From Nitrososphaeraceae archaeon (lineage in GTDB: Archaea > Thermoproteota > Nitrososphaeria > Nitrososphaerales > Nitrososphaeraceae): DNA of 64,000 bases. A model generated the notes under the pieces. That model ran no database searches. It was not told the DNA's origin and saw nothing but the letters and a program-made list of their open reading frames with translations. This document shows, in pieces, positions 31,918-43,094 of the stretch (its first letter is position 1; every line of letters starts with the position of its first letter). The stretch is taken from the NCBI GenBank assembly GCA_035762785.1, contig DASUCH010000043.1:7158-71157 (forward strand), given 5' to 3'. The position numbers and the translations under genes are program-made.

Positions 31918-32490
31918 TTGGATATCGATAAAAACCAATTCAAAGAAAAGATTATTCACAGACTTTCTTATAAAATCGATATCGATGTGCAATTATTAAA
32001 ATCATCTGGATATACTCTTTCTTCTGTTCTTGTAATTATTCACTTTACAGATTTTAAACCAAAAATTATCTTAACAAAAAGAAGTTCTCTGTTGAAGTAT
32101 CACAAAAATGAAATTTCATTTCCAGGAGGAACATTCAAAGAAACAGATTCGTCTTTATTAAATACAGCATTAAGGGAAACAAAAGAGGAAATAGGTCTGA
32201 ATTTTCATTCAAATGAAATTGTGGGAAGTTTCCCTACAGTCAGAACATTAACTTCGAATTTTGCAATAATTCCATTTGTTACTTTTCAGGATAATATAAG
32301 AAAAACTAGAATATTAATCGATGAAGTCTCGGAAATATTGGATATTCCTGTATTTGATTTGTTTAAGAGTCTCAATAATAATTTTAATTATAAACAATTT
32401 AGTGATTCCTACGCATTTAGATATAATAGTGAAATAATTTGGGGGGCTACAGCAAGAATTCTAAAACAAATACGAGATTGTTTCTATTGA
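31918..32490 (+). CDS. Nudix hydrolase, CoA pyrophosphatase-like
   Basis: SFPGG...ALRETKEEIG Nudix box; IWGATA. Confidence 0.92.
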   Translation: MDIDKNQFKEKIIHRLSYKIDIDVQLLKSSGYTLSSVLVIIHFTDFKPKIILTKRSSLLKYHKNEISFPGGTFKETDSSLLNTALRETKEEIGLNFHSNEIVGSFPTVRTLTSNFAIIPFVTFQDNIRKTRILIDEVSEILDIPVFDLFKSLNNNFNYKQFSDSYAFRYNSEIIWGATARILKQIRDCFY

Positions 32491-32638
32491 TATTTTAATA
32501 GAATTTAGATGTTAGTTCAATTTTTGTATATGCACACATCTATTAACACCTATAAAGACAAAAAAGTGAAGATTTTTTTTGCAACTAATTAATAATAATG
32601 AGTATCCAATTATAATAATTAAAACAAATAACAATAAC

Positions 32639-32758
32639 ATGAATTCAGAATTTGATTCAATAATTGAACTTCTAAATTCTCTTGATTTTCCTTTCCTTCT
32701 CGGAATTTTTAGCTTTATTTCTGCAGTAATAATTTGGGGGATAATAAAAAACCATTAA
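32639..32758 (+). CDS. Small single-TM protein (39 aa, not in the ORF track)
   Basis: Own translation MNSEFDSIIELLNSLDFPFLLGIFSFISAVIIWGIIKNH*. Confidence 0.5.
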   Translation: MNSEFDSIIELLNSLDFPFLLGIFSFISAVIIWGIIKNH

Positions 32759-32839
32759 ATCATGTTCTAATCCACTATTTCATTTTTTGAAGTAAAAGAG
32801 CTGTTTTTATAACTCTATAAACTAGTTATTTGTTGATTT

Positions 32840-34294
32840 ATGGCTTTTGATAGTTTATCTGAATATATTGATACACTCGAATCTGTTGGCAAATTACATC
32901 GTGTGAAAACAGAAGTCGATACAAATCTTGAGATAGCGGAAATTATGAGGCGTATGATGTATTCTGGTGACTCACCTGCTCTACTTTTTGAAAATGTAAA
33001 AGGATATGATATTCCTGTATTAGGTAATGCATTTGGAACTATGGATTTATTAAAAATCGCTCTGAATCTCTCAGATTTTAGAGAAATTGGTAAAAGAATT
33101 ACAGATTTAACAAAATTGAAAATACCTTCTAACTTGTTTGATAAATTAAAGATGCTTCCTAGATTATCTGAATTAGGAGATTATGCTCCAAAGTATGTTG
33201 AATCTGGTGCTGTAACAGAAATAATTGAAACCGGAAAGGCTAATCTTAACTCACTACCAATTCTTAAATCGTTTCCGAATGATGCAGGGAAATTTATTAC
33301 CTTTGGATTAACTATTACCAAGCATCCAGAAACTGCAATTAGAAATATCGGTGTTTATAGAATTCAAATTGTAAATGATCAAAAAGCTATAATGCATTGG
33401 CAGACACATAAACGAGGAGCTCAACACTATGAAATAATGAAGGAGTCTAACAAACCTATTGAAACAGCAATAGTAATCGGAACGGATCCATCAACTATTT
33501 TTAGTGGAATAGCTCCTGTCCCTGAAGGAATGGATAAATTTTTCTTTTCTGGAATCGTTAGAAAAAGAGGAGTAAAATTAGTAAAATGCAAAACAGTGGA
33601 TTTAGAAGTTCCTGTCAATTCAGAGATTGTATTAGAAGGATGGGTTGACCCTAATGAAATGAGAATAGAAGGACCATTTGGGGATCATACTGGATTTTAT
33701 ACGCCTCCTGAACCATACCCAACATTCAATTTGACATGTTTGATGAGAAGAAAAAATCCAATTTATCTGACAACCGTTGTCGGGAAACCAATTTTGGAAG
33801 ATGCATACATAGGAAAAGTTATTGAACAATCATTTCTTCCTCTTATTCAAATGTTTCAACCTGAGGTAATTGATTTTTCTATGCCTGCCTCAGGTTGGTT
33901 CCAAGGACTGGCTATAGTGTCTATCAAAAAACGATATCCTGGACAGGCGAAAAAAGTAATGATGGGATTATGGGGGATGGGCCAATTATCATTAACAAAA
34001 ATTTTTGTTGTTGTTGATCATGATATTAATGTACATGATATAAATGAAGTAATCTGGGCAATTACTACAAAATCTGATCCTAAAAGAGATATAATTATAA
34101 TTGATAACACTCCTACTGATACCCTTGATCCTGCATCTCCAATTTTAAATCTCGGTTCAAAAATGGGAATAGATGCAACTACTAAAACTGTCGAGGAAGG
34201 ATTTTTGCGAGAGATTCAAAAACCAGTAGAAGTTGACTGTGATACCAAGAATTTAGTTGATAAAAAATGGATCCATTATGGGTTCTCTAATTGA
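32840..34294 (+). CDS. UbiD-family decarboxylase (likely futalosine-pathway menaquinone biosynthesis)
   Basis: RNIGVYR, EIVLEG, EGPFGDHTGFY, VVDHD, DTLD and KMGIDAT motifs. Confidence 0.92.
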   Translation: MAFDSLSEYIDTLESVGKLHRVKTEVDTNLEIAEIMRRMMYSGDSPALLFENVKGYDIPVLGNAFGTMDLLKIALNLSDFREIGKRITDLTKLKIPSNLFDKLKMLPRLSELGDYAPKYVESGAVTEIIETGKANLNSLPILKSFPNDAGKFITFGLTITKHPETAIRNIGVYRIQIVNDQKAIMHWQTHKRGAQHYEIMKESNKPIETAIVIGTDPSTIFSGIAPVPEGMDKFFFSGIVRKRGVKLVKCKTVDLEVPVNSEIVLEGWVDPNEMRIEGPFGDHTGFYTPPEPYPTFNLTCLMRRKNPIYLTTVVGKPILEDAYIGKVIEQSFLPLIQMFQPEVIDFSMPASGWFQGLAIVSIKKRYPGQAKKVMMGLWGMGQLSLTKIFVVVDHDINVHDINEVIWAITTKSDPKRDIIIIDNTPTDTLDPASPILNLGSKMGIDATTKTVEEGFLREIQKPVEVDCDTKNLVDKKWIHYGFSN

Positions 34295-34417
34295 ACAATT
34301 GTACTCTCATTCGTTTTTAATTTTAATTATTTACAATTTGTTATATTGTTTTTCAAATTTTCATTATTCTATCAATTAGTTTAATAAATTCGATCATGTT
34401 TTATGTTTTGAGTTTAA

Positions 34418-34864
34418 TTGGAATTTGACGTAAAAATTGGTGCTACAAAAGAGAGAGTTGTAACAACTAATTCAAACCAGACTATCAGTTTTTTATGGAA
34501 AGGAGAAAATGTGCTTTCTACTCCTTCAATGATTTCTGAAATGGAAGAAACCTGTAGACTGCTTTTAAAGGATTTTGTTTTAAAAGGGAAGGAATGGGAT
34601 TCAGTTGGAACCATTGTTGATATTAAACATATTGCTATAACTCCTGTAGGATCAAAAATTAGGTTGAAAGCAATAATAGAATCTGTTAATAATAGAAGAG
34701 TACTGTTTAATGTGGAGGCATTTGATGATATTGAAAAAATAGGAGAAGGAAAACATGAACGTTATATTATTAATGTAGCCAAGTTTAAATCCAAATTTGA
34801 GGAAAAAAAAGGGAAATTAGATGTAAATAATGATATTAACTATATTAATCGTGTAAAACTATAA
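34418..34864 (+). CDS. Hot-dog-fold thioesterase (FlK-like)
   Basis: VLSTPSMI..ME, SVGT, H.A.TP.G and IGEGKHER motifs. Confidence 0.9.
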   Translation: MEFDVKIGATKERVVTTNSNQTISFLWKGENVLSTPSMISEMEETCRLLLKDFVLKGKEWDSVGTIVDIKHIAITPVGSKIRLKAIIESVNNRRVLFNVEAFDDIEKIGEGKHERYIINVAKFKSKFEEKKGKLDVNNDINYINRVKL

Positions 34865-34901
34865 AAATAGGGTTTTGAAATGTGTTTATTATATTAGGTG
34901 A

Positions 34902-36608
<1,707 letters not shown>

Positions 36609-36754
36609 GTTTCCGTTCCATCTTTCTCTTTTTAAAAATAGATGCATATTTCGGTTAACTAAGATAAGATGTAAAAAAGGTAACTAAAATTTATTGAATG
36701 TTAAATAACGCAGCGTTATTTTTAGTATTTCTAAAAAGATTAGTGAATCTGTAA

Positions 36755-37870
36755 TCATGTAGAGAATTTATCAAGTATCATATCAGACCATTTTCTTCCA
36801 CTACTTTTTAGGATATAACACTCAATACTAGATAATAATTCCTCCATCATTTTTTTCTCCACCTCTAAAAGATCATATGCTGTTTTACCCTCAATTCGTA
36901 TATATTTTATTAAATCACTATAAGGTGGAAAGAGAAATGCGTCATCACTATTTTCTATAGCTCTTTTTAATGCCTCATCTACCGAAATCCCAACCATTTT
37001 TTCTTCTTTTTCCCCTGCACTACCTTTTTCCAAGAAGAAAAGAGAATTGATTGTTGTCTTGTCTTTAATTTTTGCATCTTTTATAATGTCGCTAATGTGG
37101 TACTTAGGAGGTTTTATCCTTGACTGTCCAATTGTATTAATCGTAAAGATCGGTACATTATGATCGGCCAATTTATGCATCAAACTCCTACCCGTTTTTG
37201 AGTGAATCAAACTTCTAATTCTCATTCCTTTTTTATCATTTGTATCATTATCGCTATTATGAGATGATGATTGTGCTTCAACCGCTGTTCTATATGTATG
37301 TGCACTAATTGTCATTGATTTTGGAAAGCATACTGCAGTGTTTGGCAGTTTGATTATAGTCATATCATCAGACAAAAAATAGAATCCATGTTTAACGCAT
37401 TTTATTACAGTTGTTGTCTTGCCAGTATCTGGAGGCGCTGAAAGGAAAAACCCTTGACCAGTTGGAGAGGACATACACGCAGAATGTAAAAGAATGTATT
37501 CTTTAGAAAGAAAGAGAAATCTGAGAATAGGTTCTACTAAATTCACATATGTAACATGTTTGGATCTTGATATTAATTCATTAATTGATACCTCTATTTT
37601 GCTTCCATTAAATTTTATTTGGAATTGAGCTCCGGAAGAACCAAAATGTTCTGTATATTTGATAGTATATTGTGAACCGCCAGATTCAAAGTTATCTGTC
37701 ATTAATTTCCTAGTAGCTCGAAATTTGGACATATTGGAATCTTTGGAAAAAGATCTTATCATTAATGTGATGTCAGGATCATCAAACTCTTTTGACAAAA
37801 AATATTCTAACTCTTGTAAATTTATCTCTGATTTAACCTTGATGATATCATGAATATTATAGTAATACAA
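36755..37870 (-). CDS. HPr-kinase/PEPCK-like P-loop protein of unknown substrate
   Basis: LLHSAC, Walker-A variant APPDTGKTT and FLSDD in the order typical of HprK-related kinases. Confidence 0.75.
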   Translation of the reverse strand: MYYYNIHDIIKVKSEINLQELEYFLSKEFDDPDITLMIRSFSKDSNMSKFRATRKLMTDNFESGGSQYTIKYTEHFGSSGAQFQIKFNGSKIEVSINELISRSKHVTYVNLVEPILRFLFLSKEYILLHSACMSSPTGQGFFLSAPPDTGKTTTVIKCVKHGFYFLSDDMTIIKLPNTAVCFPKSMTISAHTYRTAVEAQSSSHNSDNDTNDKKGMRIRSLIHSKTGRSLMHKLADHNVPIFTINTIGQSRIKPPKYHISDIIKDAKIKDKTTINSLFFLEKGSAGEKEEKMVGISVDEALKRAIENSDDAFLFPPYSDLIKYIRIEGKTAYDLLEVEKKMMEELLSSIECYILKSSGRKWSDMILDKFST

Positions 37871-38153
37871 ATATACAAAATTACTATTTTTAAAAGAGAT
37901 TTAAACAATATTGCTTTATCTTATATAAGAATGTTCAATTATTATAACTTTTAAGATTATAGGATGGTTTTATTATCATATATTTATAATAACATTATAT
38001 ATATGTATATGACGAATATTATGAATTATATTTTAATAGTAATTAAATATAGTATAAAGGTATAAGAAATTTATTACTAAAAAGAATATTAAAAAATGTT
38101 ATAAATATAACTCACGATAATTTTAATATGCAGATGTCTCCTATCAAAAACAA

Positions 38154-38948
38154 GTGCAAACAAATCATCACGAAGTATTTAAAACAAAAAATATGTATAC
38201 AATTTCAATAATAATTCCTACATATAACGAAGCAGAAAATATTATATCATTATTAGATAAAATTAAAGAAAATTTAACTCATAATGTTTTTACAGAAATT
38301 ATAATAGTAGATGATAATTCTCCAGATGGTACTAGTAATATCGTACAAAATTATATAGACTGTGATGTTGAATCTAAAAGGGGAAATGTAAACTTTAAAG
38401 AAAAGTTATATTCACTTAGGATTATTAATAGAAAAATCAAAAATGGTTTAATTCCAGCGATATTGGATGGGGTCAAATCATCCCAAGGTGATTATGTACT
38501 GGTTATGGATGCAGATTTTTCTCATCCTCCTGAAATGATACCCAAAATTATAGAGAAATCTCTAGGCAATTCCAATTCTATAGTTATAGCATCTCGTTAT
38601 ACAAAGAATGGATCTATAGTTGGATGGCCATTTAAAAGACGACTAATAAGTAAAGCTGCAGCCGTTATTGCCAAATTTGGACTCAATGTAAATAATGTTA
38701 CAGATCCAATGTCGGGATTTTTTGCCGTGCCTAGACATATTATGGAAAACCTAAAAATTGATACTAAGGGTTATAAAATTCTACTAGAAATACTTGTAAA
38801 ATCAAAAGATATTCCAATATTTGAGATACCATATACTTTCATGGACAGAAAATCAGGTAAAAGCAAAATGGGCTTTAGTGTTATTTTTGACTATATAGGT
38901 TCAGTATGGCAGTTATATAGATATGGACGAAATCAACAAAAGAAATAA
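38154..38948 (+). CDS. Polyprenol/dolichol-phosphate mannose synthase-like GT2
   Basis: IIPTYNEAENI, VDDNSPDGT, MDADFSHPP, SRY, DPMSGFF and R..G.SK motifs. Confidence 0.93.
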   Translation: MQTNHHEVFKTKNMYTISIIIPTYNEAENIISLLDKIKENLTHNVFTEIIIVDDNSPDGTSNIVQNYIDCDVESKRGNVNFKEKLYSLRIINRKIKNGLIPAILDGVKSSQGDYVLVMDADFSHPPEMIPKIIEKSLGNSNSIVIASRYTKNGSIVGWPFKRRLISKAAAVIAKFGLNVNNVTDPMSGFFAVPRHIMENLKIDTKGYKILLEILVKSKDIPIFEIPYTFMDRKSGKSKMGFSVIFDYIGSVWQLYRYGRNQQKK

Positions 38949-39042
38949 ATTTGTTCCCTCTTGCATTATGAATACAAAGATAATTATTAGAAACCAAAAA
39001 CACATTCTAGTTAAATCTTTGTAATAGACGGAGTGATTAATT

Positions 39043-40575
39043 TTGAATGCAATGACTAAAAATAGCAATCTAGGGAATAAAAAAATACTTTTAATTTTCA
39101 TACCTCTGGTTTTAAGTTCTTTTACAAGTCTATGGAATATAACAGGTTTTCCTAGCCTACATGTGGATGAGGGTCACTATATGCGTAAAGCTATGTCTAC
39201 ACTGGAAGGCGAAGGTCTTCAACCACAAGATAGATATTTTGCTCCATATTTTGGACAAATATTACTGGCTGGTATCCTGGGAATGATTGGGTATCCTGAT
39301 ATAGTAAATCCAGCTCAAGATGCCGATTCAGTAGAATCACTTTATTTTATTCCAAGACTCATTATGGGGTTATTTGCTGTATTAGATACGTTGCTAATAT
39401 ACAAAATAACAGAAAAAAGATATGGGCTTAAAGTGGCACTTTTAGCATCTATTCTATTTGCAGTCATACCATATGGGTGGTTATTAAGAAGAATATTTTT
39501 AGAGTCTATACAACTTCCTCTGCTATTGACTTCTATATTATTAGCCCTTTATATAAAAGGTAACTCAGATCAAGAACAAAATAATAAGCTGGGAAGACGA
39601 AATATATCTTTAATTTTATTATCAGGTGTTTTTCTTGGTCTAGCGATATTTACAAAGATTCCAATTTTTGTTATGATGCCATTAGTTGGATATATTGTAA
39701 TGACTAATAGTGGTAACAATAAATTAAAAAGTATTGGACTTTGGCTTTTACCCGTTATTTTAATACCTATAGCATGGCCTGCACACGCTTATTCTATGGG
39801 GGATTTTGATACTTGGATGGAAGATGTATTACATCAAACTCAAAGAGAAAGTAAACCTCTAATTAATTCTCTAGCTACTTTCCTTCAAAATGATCCCTTA
39901 ACATTTTCATTGGGCATGGCAGGGATTCTGTATGCTGCGATCAGAAGAGATTTCTTCATATTGTTATTTAGTATACCATTTCTTTTGTTCTTATATTGGA
40001 TTGACTTTGTATCTTCATTTCACGTAGTTCCTTTATTTCCAGTATTTTCTATTGCTGGAGCAAAGTTAATTGTAGATTTATCCAATCTAATACCCATATC
40101 TAAAATTAGTAAAACTATGCCATATGCCGTGGTATCGGTTATTGCTATTGTTGGCTTAATTTCGATTTTTTCATTAATTACTATTGATTCTAATTCTGTA
40201 ATATTTAAAACACATGCTGTATTGATACAACATTTACAACAAAGAAATGATAATGTGACTATGATAGGAAACCCTCTTTACATATGGATGCCTAGACATG
40301 TTTTTGATATTTCCTATCAAGATAGAAGTTACTATTCTACAAGACCTTTAGAAACTCCATATTTCATAGTAATTGATGATTCAGGTTATAAAAAGATAAT
40401 TAAAGAAGAAAGTAAGAGAGGTTCTTTCCATAAAAACTTGTTCAATCAAACTCATCTAGTAGAAAGTATTAAACCCGATAATCCTTTACCAAAATACAAA
40501 AATAATATTTATCCATATACAAATTTGAAACAATCTCCTATATTAAAACAACTTGATATAAGAGCAAACTACTAG
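39043..40575 (+). CDS. GT-C membrane glycosyltransferase (ArnT/PMT, GT39/GT83-like)
   Basis: DEGHY acidic motif after TM1, many TM segments, GLAIFTK. Confidence 0.88.
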   Translation: MNAMTKNSNLGNKKILLIFIPLVLSSFTSLWNITGFPSLHVDEGHYMRKAMSTLEGEGLQPQDRYFAPYFGQILLAGILGMIGYPDIVNPAQDADSVESLYFIPRLIMGLFAVLDTLLIYKITEKRYGLKVALLASILFAVIPYGWLLRRIFLESIQLPLLLTSILLALYIKGNSDQEQNNKLGRRNISLILLSGVFLGLAIFTKIPIFVMMPLVGYIVMTNSGNNKLKSIGLWLLPVILIPIAWPAHAYSMGDFDTWMEDVLHQTQRESKPLINSLATFLQNDPLTFSLGMAGILYAAIRRDFFILLFSIPFLLFLYWIDFVSSFHVVPLFPVFSIAGAKLIVDLSNLIPISKISKTMPYAVVSVIAIVGLISIFSLITIDSNSVIFKTHAVLIQHLQQRNDNVTMIGNPLYIWMPRHVFDISYQDRSYYSTRPLETPYFIVIDDSGYKKIIKEESKRGSFHKNLFNQTHLVESIKPDNPLPKYKNNIYPYTNLKQSPILKQLDIRANY

Positions 40576-40738
40576 GCAATCTAAATAATATATATTTGTC
40601 CATCATTAGGAATATAAAGATAAATTCGAAGAGAGATCATGACTACTTTTTAGTTTTTTTATAATAAGTAAACAATATTGATATTATAATCTTTTATTAG
40701 TATAGATTCAAATATGATGTGTTCCAATGACTTAATGC

Positions 40739-42085
40739 ATGTATAATAATCATACCTCTACAACGATTAGTGTTATAATAATTATTATTGTTGTGATGTG
40801 TGCCAGTTTCATATATATAGAGAATATTGGTAAAGTAGATGCTCAGTCATCAAAAAAATCCAAAAAAGAGCCTTCTATACCAATACTAAAAGATACTGAC
40901 TTGAAAACAGAATTAATTGTTGATAAATTGAAGTTTCCTTCTGGAATGGAGTTTATCGGAAATGATGATCTTTTAGTCATAGAAAAAAATACGGGAAAAG
41001 TGAAACGAGTAACTAATGGAGTGATCGTTGGTGACCTTTTAGATTTAAATGTAGCAACAAAGAGTGAAAGAGGCTTATTAGGTATAGCTGTATTAGATAT
41101 ATCTAAAACTAAACATGCTAGTAATTATGGTCCCAATGATAAATTTGTTTTTCTTTTTGTAACTGAAGCAGAGAACAAAGATGATGGAGAAATTTTAGGA
41201 AATCATGTATACCGATTTGATTTTGTGAATGGCACTCTAATCAATCCTGTACTTCTCCTTGATTTACCTTATTTACCAGGTCCGTCACATAATGGAGGAG
41301 TTATGAAAATTGGTCCTGATAATAATTTATATATTATTATGGGGGACTTGAACAGATTAAAAGATCCAACCGGTGATACGATTGCTTCAAATCTAGAGGG
41401 TACGTCTCTACCTGATGGTAGAGGGGGGGTAATACGCATAACATCTGACGGAGAAACGGTTAAGGATGGATTTACCTTAGGAGATAGAGGACTTTTAGAC
41501 AAATATTATGGTTATGGTGTAAGGAATAGTTTTGGTATTGGTTTTGATAATATTACAGGATTTTTATGGGATACTGAAAATGGATCTCATTATGGTGATG
41601 AAATTAATATCATTAAGCCTGGATTTAATAGTGGATGGAGACAGGTGTTAGGATTATCGTCTATGTATAATGAATTTTCTAATAAGGAGTTTGACAAAAG
41701 CAAATTAGTGACTTTTAATGGTACTGGTAAATATTATGACCCTGTATTAACCTGGAATGACACTATAGCCCCAACAACCATTGCATTTATTCATTCTTCA
41801 ACGTTAGGAGAAGAATATATGGATGATGTATTAGTAGGTGGAGTAAAAAATGGAACGCTTCTACATTTTGACCTTAATCAAACTAGAACAGGGTTACAAT
41901 TAGAAGGATCTTTGTCTGATAAAGTGGTAAATAAACCTGATGAATTAAAATCGGCGATTTTTGGAACTGGTTTTGACATAATTACCGATATCAAGATAGA
42001 TCCTACAGATGGAGATGTTTATGTCTTGGCAGCAAATACAAAGAATGGCAAAATTTATAAAGTTTTTAAAGACGACGATGCTTGA
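40739..42085 (+). CDS. Secreted PQQ-dependent glucose/sorbosone dehydrogenase (beta-propeller)
   Basis: Signal peptide; ERGLLG, HNGG, GVRNSFG, TENG..DEIN and PGFNSGW motifs. Confidence 0.92.
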   Translation: MYNNHTSTTISVIIIIIVVMCASFIYIENIGKVDAQSSKKSKKEPSIPILKDTDLKTELIVDKLKFPSGMEFIGNDDLLVIEKNTGKVKRVTNGVIVGDLLDLNVATKSERGLLGIAVLDISKTKHASNYGPNDKFVFLFVTEAENKDDGEILGNHVYRFDFVNGTLINPVLLLDLPYLPGPSHNGGVMKIGPDNNLYIIMGDLNRLKDPTGDTIASNLEGTSLPDGRGGVIRITSDGETVKDGFTLGDRGLLDKYYGYGVRNSFGIGFDNITGFLWDTENGSHYGDEINIIKPGFNSGWRQVLGLSSMYNEFSNKEFDKSKLVTFNGTGKYYDPVLTWNDTIAPTTIAFIHSSTLGEEYMDDVLVGGVKNGTLLHFDLNQTRTGLQLEGSLSDKVVNKPDELKSAIFGTGFDIITDIKIDPTDGDVYVLAANTKNGKIYKVFKDDDA

Positions 42086-42420
42086 GATTCTAATTAATCA
42101 ACCATTGTGTTACTTTAAACACAGCTTTTATTTTTCAATTCTACTTTTTATTCTTCTCTTAGAAACTTTGCAAAGAAAAGTAACAAAAGGGACCCTTGAC
42201 AATATTTAAATATAATTACTACTATGCAAATCTTCAAATAATGATTATCATATCTTTGAATAGATGGAAAAAAGGATACTATTTAATGGACAGATCTAAG
42301 CCTATAATAATGATAACAATAGTATTGAAGTTAAAAATAATATTTTGGTAGAAGATAGAATGTTTTACTCAGTGGTTATCAGCTGAGGAGGGAAATAATG
42401 GAAGAAATAGTTATATTCAA

Positions 42421-42618
42421 ATGACCCTAACAATATTTGAAAAAGTTAATAGAATACTTTCGCACGACAATTACCAGAATATTGATATTGAGGTAATGTT
42501 TGATAATGGTGTTCCAGTGTGTTCTCTTTGTAAAACTGCTGGTTGTGTTCAGGCCGGGTTTGCAATTTGTGCGGAACAAAATCTTTCCTGCTCTAATATA
42601 TATTATCGTGGTAGCTAG
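42421..42618 (+). CDS. Small Cys-rich protein or gene fragment resembling the C-terminal domain of 1768..2163
   Basis: EVMFDNGVPVCSLCKTAGCVQAGF versus EVILRNGELRCLLDEKIDCVHIGF. Confidence 0.5.
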   Translation: MTLTIFEKVNRILSHDNYQNIDIEVMFDNGVPVCSLCKTAGCVQAGFAICAEQNLSCSNIYYRGS

Positions 42619-42651
42619 GAAATTGAAGTTTTTAAATGGTTATATTAATTA

Positions 42652-42816
42652 TTAATTATTATCATAATGTTCTTCATTATGTAGCCCATTAGATCTGATA
42701 AATCTGATTAATTCTGTAGAATCTTCAATATTGTAATATCTTTTCATTTTTTCCAAGGTCTCATCATCATAAATCCTTGGCTTTTGGATCCTTTTCGCTC
42801 CCTCGCTTTCTCTCAT
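42652..42816 (-). CDS. Small hypothetical protein (54 aa, not in the ORF track)
   Basis: Own translation MRESEGAKRIQKPRIYDDETLEKMKRYYNIEDSTELIRFIRSNGLHNEEHYDNN*. Confidence 0.5.
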   Translation of the reverse strand: MRESEGAKRIQKPRIYDDETLEKMKRYYNIEDSTELIRFIRSNGLHNEEHYDNN

Positions 42817-43094
42817 ACCATTTTTTTACATTTATAATACTTAAGTTTTTATCATTATTAAGATTCTAATAAATTTTTTTATAAAATACCATAACACACA
42901 TTTACCAAAATATGGACAGTTCTACAAAATTTCCTAATGAATCACATGCCTATTGATTCGATAGTAAAATTTGGTACATTAATCATTTATCTCTTTTAGT
43001 TGGTGAATGCAGATTTTAGGCTGTTATTATTATTATAAAATTATGATATTACATAAGAGAGAAATTCTATAGTGAAATTTAGTAATTTTTTTTA

